Source of the DNA: Basidiobolus meristosporus CBS 931.73
Lineage: Eukaryota; Fungi; Basidiobolomycota
Length of the DNA: 64,000 nucleotides
Assembly (NCBI GenBank): GCA_002104905.1
Contig: MCFE01000174.1
Span: 79,068 to 143,067 of the forward strand
Direction of reading: 5' to 3'
Below, one piece after another: positions 52,960-63,793 of the stretch. The translations under genes and the position numbers were made by a program. Within the stretch, counting starts at the first letter, position 1, and every line of letters begins with the position of its first letter. Under the pieces are notes generated by a model. It saw nothing but the letters and a program-made list of their open reading frames with translations. It was not told the DNA's origin and did no database searches.

Positions 52960-53308
52960 TGCTGTAAGAGTCTTGATGATATTAGAAGTGAATGGGAGAT
53001 CATGTAGATTGTGTGGTTTTCACTTAATGATTTACTGAATGTAAAAGTAATACTTATGCTTTTACATGGTCTTGGCATAGACAATATGTAGAATAGGTTC
53101 AGGAAGGTCCCAAGAGAATGTGTGCAAGCTCTGTGGCTGTTTAGACAACTTTGAAAATTTTCCACTTCTGTGTACCCAGAGTTTTGGTGAAAATATTTTG
53201 AGTAAATCCCAACAAGATATTTGGTCAGTATTCTCTAAGATTTGTAGGTGATGATGTCAGTGAATAAGTTAGGTTAATATTCAGGTGGAATTACAAATTT
53301 TCACAACA
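52960..53308 (-). mobile_element. Solo LTR of copia family B
   Basis: Reverse complement of the LTR at 18124-18471, perfect TSD GTTTA. Confidence 0.92.
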
Positions 53309-53685
53309 GTTTAAAGGCTCCAAAATATGTGAACTGGTTACACTACAGGTATGATGATCACGTAAAGGTTTACCTAGTTGGGTTGAAAGGCTTAGCTGGA
53401 GAATGCAGATGGCTGATGTTACCATACCCATCTTTACCCTTGATGAAAAGTAAAATATTAAATTTTCATGCTATCTGGGGTGTATGTTTTAGAGAATAAC
53501 CCTAAAGCACTGACCAGAATGTCTGTTGAGCATTTTTAAGCACATCCCTTACTACTGTTTTAAAAACTCAAAACTGAAATTTGTACAAGATGTACCTTGA
53601 CACAGTGAATGTCAACAGATTCAGCACTATAACTGTCTAATATCCCAAGTTACTGCTATGCTGCTTGATAATTTTAGTATGTAAT

Positions 53686-54329
53686 TGTTATATTCAAGAA
53701 AAAGTATAAGACCCTTTCACTAATGTCTACTGAATAATGAACAACCAAATGCAGGGTATTAAAACTGTTAGGTTGTCAAGATAATATTGGCAGAGTGGAT
53801 CAGGTCTGAAATCAGTGCCAAATATAGCAGGGATATGATACTGAAATGGCAGGAGTAGATATACCAGGCAGGCTAGACTTAGTGTTCTTAAGATGGTAGT
53901 ATGACTAGGAATATAGGAGAAACTAGGAGGATTAACATCTCTGAAAAATCTTTGAGGAGTTATTGTTGTTGCAACACACTAAACCAAAGGGTTTGGTACT
54001 CTTTATTTGAAGTTATCAAAACAAAGTGAATTAGACAGTACCAAGAGGTTGGATTACTAATACAAGTCAATCTGAAATGTGATTGGCAACTAACAATAAA
54101 GTCTAATGAGTCACTTGGTCAGATGACTTCCAGCCAATTTTAAAGATAAGCTGGGGTCCCATGATAGCATCTGCTTAATTGCTGGTGGATAATAGATAAA
54201 ACATAAGTTGGATAATGATATGATCAAATCCAAGGGATCAGATATTGAATGGTTAGGGAAGACAGTGAGACTTACTCCTTGCAGTTTTTGTGATGACATC
54301 AGCATTTTCTTGGATGCTGATGCACAATA
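53686..54329 (-). mobile_element. Diverged relative of the family D LTR
   Basis: Shares the termini (TGTTATATTCAAGA... and ...GATGCACAATA) and internal ACACACTAAACCAAAGGG with family D. No TSD found. Confidence 0.5.
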
Positions 54330-56055
54330 TAAACTCAAGGTTGGGCCATTAACCTGAAGTTAACTCAGTACATTAGCAATTCAGTGAGGTCCTTTTAGTT
54401 ATCAAAACATCCGGCTCTTCCATTTTGTTGTCAGTACCAAAGGTATTTTCAAGAATCGGGAATTCATGAAAATGGGCTACATCGCATATTGCTCAACTGG
54501 TCCCTATGGCAGCCAATTCGTGAATTCACCTCATACGTCAACGCCTGATCCTCATGTAGTAACACACAGATGTTCCTCATAGTGCGTATGTGCTTTATTT
54601 AGTGTTTCGACTAGAAGCTTGCGCTCACCTGGAGCAGGGATATCAGGCCTATAAACAATCTGCTCTGGGTTCTCTATTTATGCAGTCAACATACCAATCC
54701 AGTGCGAGATCAAATGAGGCCACATTGAAGTTAGATAAACCTGATATCACCTCCTGACCTGACAGATCCCATGACTTGGAGCAACGCAGTGTGTCCAAAC
54801 TAGCGAGGCGAATTTATAAATCCAAGGGCCACCTCAAAAGGATGGTCTCAAGTTAAACAGTCGGTGTGGAATACTAAATTCACTCAAGCAACTGGGCTGT
54901 ACCAGGCTCTCTCGATGCGCATCAAAGCCTTCACGCTGATAACAGAGCTTGCTGCCAAAACGAGGGCGCCCACAGATAAACAGTGGTATTGCTAATCTGT
55001 TTAAGAGGGGTGCCCACCTCACAATAAATGTGGTAGCAATGTACTCCAAGTAATCAACAAGAGTATGGATTGTGTTGTATCATTCTCTGGATCCATTGAC
55101 CTGCGTGCACGTGTGATTTGCGGATCGATGTTGCCCCAGCGAAGGATCGCAGAGACGGGGGACAATCGACAGAGCAGAATCTTGCAGGGTTATGTTCAAC
55201 AACCTCTTCGAGCTGGTTTTTTTCGGGTGCTACACTGTATATGCTATTCGATTTACTAGTTGGCTTTGTCACAATCAATGTGGAGAATGAAATGTACTTA
55301 ATAGCTGAGTGCTGTTGGTGGGCGTTACTAGGCTCAATAGCAGGTTTTCTTTATAGTAAAATAACCATCAGGCATGATGCATACTCAGCAGGATTTGATG
55401 CAGTGAAAGGGGATTGAAAAGGGTGCCATTGACGAGCTAATGTCAGTGTCAAATATTGAAAGAGCAACAGAGGGGCTTGTCTGCATCCAGTATTGTCATC
55501 AATGTAATATTATATCGTGAACTATAAGACAATTCCCTCATCAGCTGGCGTATTTTGTCTAGCCCAACTCAGCTCTTGTTAGGGAGAAATAGCAATAGCA
55601 TGTTTCAGCAACGATCAGGTAACACCAATAAAATACAGAGTGAGGGCTAAGTTAGGCAAAGTAATCAAATTTTCTTCCCATAAGATTGCATCACTTATCC
55701 CCAGTCTAGATAGACGACGATGGGCCGTAATGGCTGCGATCATGACCACTTGACCCGCAGACATGCTTACACCATGCAAAACCAGTATCACGCATGGACT
55801 GGTCCCCAGACGCAGCTTGTACACGGCTCAGATAAATCAGTTGCAGTGCGAAGTTGCAGCAAGAGCTCATGATTCCCAATATACATGTCCATCATCGGCA
55901 AAGAGTCCATCCGATCGCCATCGGCCATCACATGATGGTCCAGGCCCAACGCAGAGTATAGACTGATATCTCATTGTAAATCCATTAATGCTATCTATTT
56001 ATTCTTTACATGAGTATTGTCGTGTATAGGTTTAGTGTGATTGGCCTTCTATCCA

Positions 56056-59000
56056 TCAATGGGTTACCTGCAAATTCTGCTGCATGCAAAGATTTGCGTA
56101 CATCCCATTGAGGGCTAACAGCTCGTGGTGTTGTCCAGACTCAATGACTTGACCATTGTTGATAACAAGAATCTTATCAGCATCCTGAATGGTACTTAAC
56201 CGATGTGCAATCACAATGGTGGTACGGCCAGCACGTGCCCGATCTAGGGCATCTTGGACGAGGTTCTCTGATTCGGAATCCAATGCCGAGGTAGCCTCAT
56301 CAAGCAACAAGATTTTTGGATTACGGATGATCGCGCGTGCAATGGCAATTCGTTGCTTTTGTCCTCCAGAGAGCTGGGAGCCCTTATCTCCAACTCGAGT
56401 GTCGTATCCATCGGGTAGAGATGTGACAAAATCGTGAATGTTAGATGCTTGTGCTGCTGCTACGACCATTTCATGATCAAAGGGTCGATCATCAGGAATC
56501 CCATATTGAATATTCTCCCCAATAGTCAAGTCAAATAGAACGGGTTCTTGGCCAACAAGTGCCATATGGCTTCGAATATTCGAAAGATGCATGTCTCTCA
56601 GGTCGTATCCATCAATAGTTACTTGACCTCTAAGAACATCGTACCATCTCTCAAGTAGAGCAATCACAGTGGATTTCCCACATCCCGATGGACCCACCAA
56701 TGCCAGGGTTTGGCCAGGATTTGCCTCCATGCCGAAGCCATGGAAGATGTCAATATCGGGTCTTGTGGGGTAATGGAAATCAACCTCATTCAGAGAAACA
56801 GAGCCCATCGGGGGCTTGTCTGACGGGAATGAGATACCATCTGCCAAAGCATCAATTGTGGTGCGTTTGTCAAGGAGATCAAAGATATGGATTGCAGACT
56901 GCTTTCCCTTGACATATGTAGGAATTTGCGCCGCCATCTGCCCTAGGTTCATAGCTAAGAATACAATGTAGAACATTGTTCTAGAAGTCCAGGTTGGGGC
57001 GTAAGTAATGAGAACATGTGAAATTTCCTAATGCTAGACTTACGTGAATATCTCACTCCATTCCATCACGCCTGCGTCTACAAATCGCAATCCTGCATAG
57101 AAACCTGCGGCATATATCCAGTAGATGATGCTCTGGGCCATGGCAAAGCCAGCCGACCCAAGATATGCCTTTCTTCTAACGTACTGATGGGGTACGCTTG
57201 TGGCAGACTCGTATTGGGCCTCAAAGTGGGACTCCTTGGCTAGGCCAACCACTGTTCGGATGTTTAGTATTGCTTCACATGCAATTTTTGCCGACTGTTC
57301 GTAAGCTTCCTGCGTTTCTTCCTCGATTGCGGTCAAAGCTCCGATTTCGATATATTCGGCAAGAGCGAGAAATGGCAATCCGACCAACGTTACCAACGTG
57401 ATTCTCCAACTAGTGGTGGCCGCGAGCGCCAAGCTAAGTGCCACCATAGCTACAGTCTGAATGATTATCCTGGCCAGCTGGGATACAAGTTCGTGCATCT
57501 GGTATGCGTCTGTTGCTAGGTGTGAGGTCAGCGACCCAATGGAGTGTTCCTCTTTATCGAAGAAGCCAGCTTCTTGACTCAGAATTGCCTCGAAACTAAG
57601 GCTACGCATTCTCAGAGCCATTCGTTCTCCGATCCAATCAAATATCACAGTTGATCCACCCATGGTCAGCCCAGCTGCAAGTGCTATAATAATTGTCATC
57701 AGGGCATTGGCATTAATGCTTGCATTCCAGCCTGGATCCTGGGGCCTGGTCATCAGATCCCATATCTGGCCGAAGTATTTAGCGAAGAGGGGAAATATCT
57801 AATAGGGAGCGTTATTTACGGTCATCCTGATTTATATTAGATATGCACCTACCACCCCAGACGCTCCACTCAGCACTACGCCTATCAATACCAGACCAGC
57901 ATCTGGTCGCATGTATTTGGCCACGCGAGATATCAGTGCCCTTTGTGTTCTACCTGCTACCTGGCCGCGACTGTCTCTCTCGATCTTTTCTATTTCAATG
58001 GTTGTCGCGTGTGGTTTGGCTGATAATTCGGATTTCGACTTTGATTTCGAACCTGGATCTGGTTTCGATTGTGATGCTATAGATATGTGGCAGTTGTCGA
58101 CCGGCATAGAGTCTTTACTATCGTCAATGGAAGCGGAATGCTTGGTTGAGGATGGGGCGGTGCAGATGGATGCGGCGAAGGCATCTTGATCAATACTTCC
58201 GGTTTTGAGCTGTTGCTTTGCTACCAGCTCAGCGTACGTGCCTTGCAGCTCCAGCAGAGACTCATGCGTTCCAGATTCCAACACGACTCCTTTATCCATA
58301 ACGTATATCAGATCAGCATTCTTGATTGTTGAGAGCCGATGTGCCACCACGAGAGTCGTGCGTCCTGCTGATGCTTTTTCAAGTGCCTCTTGGACAATTC
58401 TCTCTGATTCTGTATCCAACGCCGAAGTAGCTTCGTCCAACATCAGAATCCGAGGCTCCTTGATTAGTGCACGAGCAATCGCAATTCTCTGCTTCTGGCC
58501 ACCCGATAGAAAGATTCCTTTCTCGCCAACAACGGTGTCATACTTCATAGGTAGCTTTTCAATAAAGTTATGTGCATTGGCCAGACGACACGTATTCTCA
58601 ATCTCCTGGTCGGTGGGTGGCGCCTGCCCCTTACGAATCCCGAGAGCAATGTTTTCTCTGATGGTGATATTAAACAGCACCGGCTCCTGAGAAACGATTC
58701 CAATCATATCCCGTAGAAAGGATACATTGTAAGTTCTGAGATCAACGTTGTCAACGCTGATTGATCCAGCTGTGTGAAGTGGTTTGTTAGAATATTGCCC
58801 ACGACTAATACTTGTTGTACTTACCAGCAGGGTCATATAATCGCTGAATTAATTCAACAATAGTGGACTTTCCGCTTCCGGAGTGGCCAACCAATGCAAC
58901 TGTCTGTCCAGGTTGAATACACATACTGATGTTCTTCAGCACTTGGACTCCTGGTCTCACTGGGTAAGTAAAATCCACGTTCTGAATGGTAATCTGCCCT

Positions 59001-60299
59001 TGTACATTCTCAGGCTTGTCCCCTTCGCTGCTTGACGAATCAATATCTGGCGCTCGATCAATCGTCTTGAAGATATGGTAGGCTGCTCCTTGGGCGCTGG
59101 CGAATATCCCTACGTTTGGTGCAACCTCCCAGAGGGCGTATGCCCCTACAGTAATACCCATGAAGACAGTCATTACGTCTTCACTGGTCATTTCTCCGCT
59201 CGAAATAAGTTTGGCCCCATACCAAAACGAGAGCGAGTCTGGAGCAAAGACCAAAAACATGATGAACCCAAAGCCTAAGCCATTCAAAATAGCTTTTTTC
59301 ATCCCGCTCCTGTATGCCGACTTGAGATGCTTCACGTAGGCGTCGTATTCACGTTTCTGACCATTGAAGACAAACACAGTTCTGATGGAAGAGAAGGCCT
59401 GCTCGGCCACTCCGCCTGCTGCTGAGTATGCATCATGCTCCTCTGCTGAGGTCTCCACCATATATTTTGCAATTACAATACAACCAGCTGTCCAGAGAAA
59501 TAGGGGGTTAATATACAAACATTTCCCAAGTCTATACTGAAATGTACTTGCCGATCATGAAAGGCAACAGCGAAAGTAAAACCAATGCCAAACGCCAGCC
59601 TCTAGTAAAGCTGATGACATACCCCGAAAGGAAAGTGACCGAATTCGAGATGACAATTCCTACTTTTTCCGCCATTCCCTCGAAGATTACTTGCGTATCT
59701 GCACACAGGTGAGTCGTCAGAGAATCTGCCTGTTTCTTGCCAGGGTTCGAATCATCACCATCAGTGAGTGCACTGCCGCCATCGTGCCATGCCATATCCT
59801 GCCGTAATACCGCATGCAAATATCTTTCACGGATCAGTTTTCCTTGATTCTCGGCAGAGAGCGTCCAGAAGTACATCTGCCCGTACGCAGCCACGAAGAT
59901 TATTAACCCCAAAATGAAAAAAAAGCGAACACTGCTAAGGACTTGTGTCCCAGCATCCATGGAGGAGAGGTCTGTTGTGATGTTTCCGAAAGCAATTGCG
60001 ATAAGGGATTGCCCAACACCGGTGGTTATAGAGCAGATGATTGCCAACCTGTTGAATTAAAGCCTGCGTGTAAGTTAAAGGAAGACGTGACGGAAGATGG
60101 TCATGACGCACAAGATATACAACTGGTCCAAAGGGGTTGCAAAGCGATAAAGTGAGAGATATGATACTGAGTGTATTGTAGCTTTTGTCTCCTTTGAGCT
60201 GCCCCAACATTCAAAAAGGAACCATCGCCACGGCCTAGAGCACCTTTGTGTAGAGTCATTCGCAAGCGGTAATGGCTCAGTATTCGAAGCTGGAACCAT
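56056..60299 (-). CDS. MDR1: Full-length ABCB (P-glycoprotein/MDR1-like) transporter, TMD-NBD-TMD-NBD, about 5 introns
   Basis: Two Walker A motifs ([16 protein letters not shown]), two [14 protein letters not shown] signatures, two LDEATSALD Walker B/D-loops, AHRLST switch motifs and two six-TM domains. Confidence 0.95.
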
Positions 60300-61262
60300 C
60301 AATGTTAGTGTTTGAAGAGTTGATGATGTTGTAAACCGAAAGATGTACGAGCTGAAGTCTGTGTTCAAGAATCAACTCCGCCCTTTAGGAGTTAGGAGAC
60401 CACTGCAAACGTGTGAGCCCACACCAGGAGTAATTGGTTAGTGTTGTCATTGTCAATGCATATGCATCCCTATACCCTGTCGATACGAAATAAACTTCCC
60501 AAATCGTACATATACATTAAGATTAGATATATGTATGTCACTGTGGCTCATTTCTGAGAATGCCTCTGCTCATAGACTCATACATGCATGAATGCTGTCA
60601 GGGTTCGAATACTCCATAGATATGAGAAGGGATAGGGAGTTTATAAAGCTGAGTCAGTAGGAGTAACCACACCAGTTATATCATGATATCACTATGGTTG
60701 GTTGACTTCGCCATATGCCGTCAACATAACACATCAATCGCTGTTAGATCCTCTCCCCCTCCCTATCGTATGCCTATCCATAATTTCGCCCATCACTACA
60801 ATAACATCACAGATATGAACACTCAGTAAGTTCACGATAGCTTGACTACTGTATTACTTCATATAGATGCCTTGACGATGCTCTTGACTCAGTCCTTTCT
60901 TTAGATAGATCCTAAGCCATCCATTTTATGACCGTGAGATTGCTCACATGAATGGTCTAGATTTCTTCCTTAGATTCAGCAATCATTGATATCATTATAA
61001 TGTCGTAGGGGTGGGTGGAGTACAGCAATGCCTGAAAATTTAAGTACCATGCTTATATATGGAGACTTTCCCGGATTTCTGAGGTGCCATCTGCATGGCA
61101 CAAGGATCATCACCGAAGATAAGTAAATGGCGCTTTTAACAGTTTGTGGTGGTGGTGAGGGGGGGGGGGTTGGCTGCCCATGCCATTGAAGACGGAGTTT
61201 AGTGTAGAGCTTATACTATATCCCTGTAGGATCATCCTTACTTGTAGGGGTTAGGGTTAGGG

Positions 61263-61960
61263 GGAGACAGTCACCAACAGGTGAAATCTTTATTTCAGTT
61301 GAAACAAAGAAGCCAGCGCTACTGCTGTAGCTTTTATACCAGAGTGTGTAGCTGAGGGGAATTTGTAGGTAAGTGAATAAGGAGAGATGATAGTTCTTCT
61401 GTACTCAAGACACTGTTTGGTGGGAAGGGGGGTAGCAAGAGGGGTAAGAATGATTTGTGAACAACATTGATAAGGGGAATGTGATACAAATTGGTAGTCA
61501 TCATAAAGAGAGTGTACTGCTTCAGATATTGATGCCAAAGGTCTGCCAAGTACTCTAGGTAGGCCAGCGTGGGCTTTTCTGACTGCAGAATATATATGAG
61601 CAAATTTCTTGACTTCAGGATCTCCAAGTATTATTCTCCAGCAGGAGCCAGGTGTGGTGTGGTGTGTTCTCTTCCAGGTTTTGATCCGTGGGTTGTTGCA
61701 GTGGTGAAGTCTGAGATATAATCTGGTTCTAAGGTAGAGAAGTCTGATCTTATAGGGCATAAACCCAAAAGCACCAAGAATAGCATGTCTTTAGGGGCAT
61801 TCAGGCAAATGAGGCACCAAGGAGGTAATGCACCATACTGCAAACTTGTCAAGCTTAGTGCAGTCTCTAGAATTAAGAGAGAGAAGTGGTAAGCCAAATT
61901 CCAGGGCAGGGAAGATAAACTGCTTGAGTAGAAGGAGGCAGCTAGTAGCTGAAGTTGTAG
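61263..61960 (-). mobile_element. Telomeric non-LTR retro-insert 1 (subfamily A, 5'-truncated)
   Basis: Preceded on + by TAGGGG TTAGGG TTAGGG (61245-61262). The minus strand encodes LLLLKQFIFPALEFGL...GAFGFMPY..., a LINE RT thumb-like region with one stop and one frameshift. It carries the shared 3' tail. Confidence 0.8.
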
Positions 61961-62244
61961 GGGAGGGAAAGTCACCAAGGTAGGTGAAATCTTTATTTGA
62001 TTTCAGACAAGTCTAACTACAAATAAAGAAGCCAGCTGGGAATAGAAGACTCCCAAAGTAGAAACTAAGTTGAATATGAATCAATCTAAGCTAAAGTTAA
62101 GGCAGTATCCCATAGTACACTGGAGTTCAGGTTCATGGGGGAGTGAAGTAGATAAGCTTGAGAGATATAATAATCTCTTAAGAAGTGGGTAACAGTAGGT
62201 GAATGGGAGTTTTTGATAAGTGAAGTGAATCTTGAGAGCAGTAG
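61961..62244 (-). mobile_element. Telomeric retro-insert 2 (divergent subfamily, 5'-truncated)
   Basis: Carries the shared 3' tail. The peptide RFTSLIKNSHSPTVTHFL weakly matches SFLVKLQKSHNPSIKQWL of insert 3. Confidence 0.65.
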
Positions 62245-62925
62245 GGGGGGAGGGAAAGTCACCAAGTTGGTGAAATCTTTATTTGAGTCAAGAGCTAATC
62301 TAAGTACAAATAAAGAAGCCAATTAAGAGGTCTAGAACCTCTCTAATAAGTAATGCAATTTATGTTTTGTTTCATCTCTAATGTTTGTTTCAATAAAGTA
62401 AAGCTCATCAGGGGTAAATATGAAATTCAAGGGTTTTGGGGGAAGTACAAATTGTAGATGTTTCTGATCAATATAATCCAAGACTAGAGCCCAGCCTGGG
62501 ATTAGATGTAGTAGGAAAGGTGTGTGGACTTGTAAGTAGCTCCGCCATATAGATCTTAGATGGTCCTGAGCCAGTAGTCTTGGTTTCTCAGCTTTTTGAA
62601 GTTTTGAAGCAAGCTCTGTTACTACAGCAGAGCCAACCAGGGTGTGCCAGCAGGAAGATTTCAGGGAGGAGTTAGATTTAAGCCATTGTTTGATGGAGGG
62701 GTTATGTGATTTCTGAAGTTTCACTAGGAAGGAAGCACGGAGATAGACCATTTGGATTTGGTATGGGTAGAACCCAAAGGCTCCATTGGTTGCATGGATA
62801 TAGGGAGATACTGGAAGATACGGTACCAAGGATCTGATACACTGATGGAGAAATTTATCCCGGCGGTCAAGTTCTCTGGAGGTTAGGGGTATAATGTGGA
62901 GACTAAATTCAAGTACCAGCAGTAG
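62245..62925 (-). mobile_element. Telomeric non-LTR retro-insert 3 (subfamily B, 5'-truncated, ORF open)
   Basis: The ORF at 62332-62949 (LEFSLHIIPLTSRELDRRDKFLHQCIRSLVPYLP...GAFGFYPY...LRASFLVKL) aligns with insert 1 through to the stop codon. It carries the shared 3' tail. Confidence 0.8.
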
Positions 62926-62933
62926 GGTTAGGG

Positions 62934-63245
62934 GGGAGACAGTCACCAACAGATGAAATCTTTATTTCAGTTGAAACAAAGAAGCCAGTGCTATTGTTGT
63001 AGCTTTGATACAAGAGTGTGTAGCTGAGGGGAATTTGTATGTAAGTTAATAAGAAGTGATGATAGTTCTTCAGTGCTCAAGACACTGTTCAGTGGGAAGG
63101 GGGGTAGCAAGAGAGGTAAGAATGACTTGTGAACAACATTAATGAGGGGAATGTGATAAGGATTGATATTCATCATAAAGGGAGTGTGCTGCTGCAGATA
63201 TTGCTGCCAAAGGTCTGTCAAGTACTTCAGGTAGGCCAGCTTGGG
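62934..63245 (-). mobile_element. Telomeric retro-insert 4 (subfamily A, shorter 5' truncation)
   Basis: Close nucleotide paralogue of ~61263-61575. Flanked by GGTTAGGG (62926-62933) and TTAGGG variants (63243-63271). Confidence 0.85.
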
Positions 63246-63271
63246 TTAGGGTTAGGGTTTAGGGCTTAGGG

Positions 63272-63793
63272 GGAGGAAAGTCACCAAGTAGTGAAATCTT
63301 TATTTACTTATGACAAGTATCTAAAGAAGCCAAGTTAATCTGAAGTTATTCCTAGAAAGCTAGGTCTGAGAGATATCTTCCTGGTAAGCCAGGTCTGAGA
63401 GTTGAGAAGCTGAGTGGTACTATAATTCCTGGTTAGCTAGGTCTGAGAGAGGTTTCCTGGAAAGCCAGGCCTGAGAAGTGAGAGTCTGAATATATCTGAG
63501 CTAAGTTATACTGGTTTGCGGTAGCTGAATTGTGGCCGGAATGGCCAGTAAACTGGGGGAACTGAAATGAATTTCTGGGCGATCACTGGCCAAATTTACT
63601 AGGCAAATCTGGCCAATTAGCATTTCAAGGATTTCAGCCAATCAGAGCCTTTACTTTGCCCGATGGTTGATCAAGCCATCTCCCAATGAGCACACAACAA
63701 TTTATTAATCAAATTTTTGCTGGATCCAGGATTTGAACCCACAACCATGGGTATGGAAGGGTTAGGGATAACCACAAGGCTAAGTGTTCTTGG
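63272..63793 (-). mobile_element. Terminal SINE-like unit: tRNA-derived Pol III head, non-coding body, LINE-shared 3' tail
   Basis: Minus strand has A box TAGCCTTGTGG (63772-63782) and B box GGTTCAAATCC (63729-63739) at tRNA spacing. There is no T4 run in the unit and no long ORF. The 3' tail is the same as in inserts 1-4. Confidence 0.7.

Noticed and set aside
54560-55970. Possible decayed membrane-protein gene next to the ABC transporter
   Set aside because: Only short hydrophobic fragments with stops in all frames; no family could be supported.
62879-62888. Internal GGTTAGGGG as an extra junction
   Set aside because: It lies within the open RT frame (codons for PLT) with homology continuing on both sides, so it is likely coincidental.
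61263-62925. Penelope-like (Athena/Coprina) or TERT identity for the telomeric RT
   Set aside because: The visible motifs (LKQFIFPALEFG, GAFG) fit a LINE thumb better. This is not fully excluded because the RT core is missing from all copies here.
61263-63331. Hammerhead ribozyme in the shared 3' tail (as in Penelope/terminon pLTRs)
   Set aside because: No CUGANGA...GAAA core with proper stems on the sense strand. The cagatga...gaaac look-alike is antisense and not conserved between copies.
63718-63790. Functional tRNA gene (Trp or Gly)
   Set aside because: Acceptor, D and anticodon stems do not pair; only the promoter boxes and spacing are tRNA-like.
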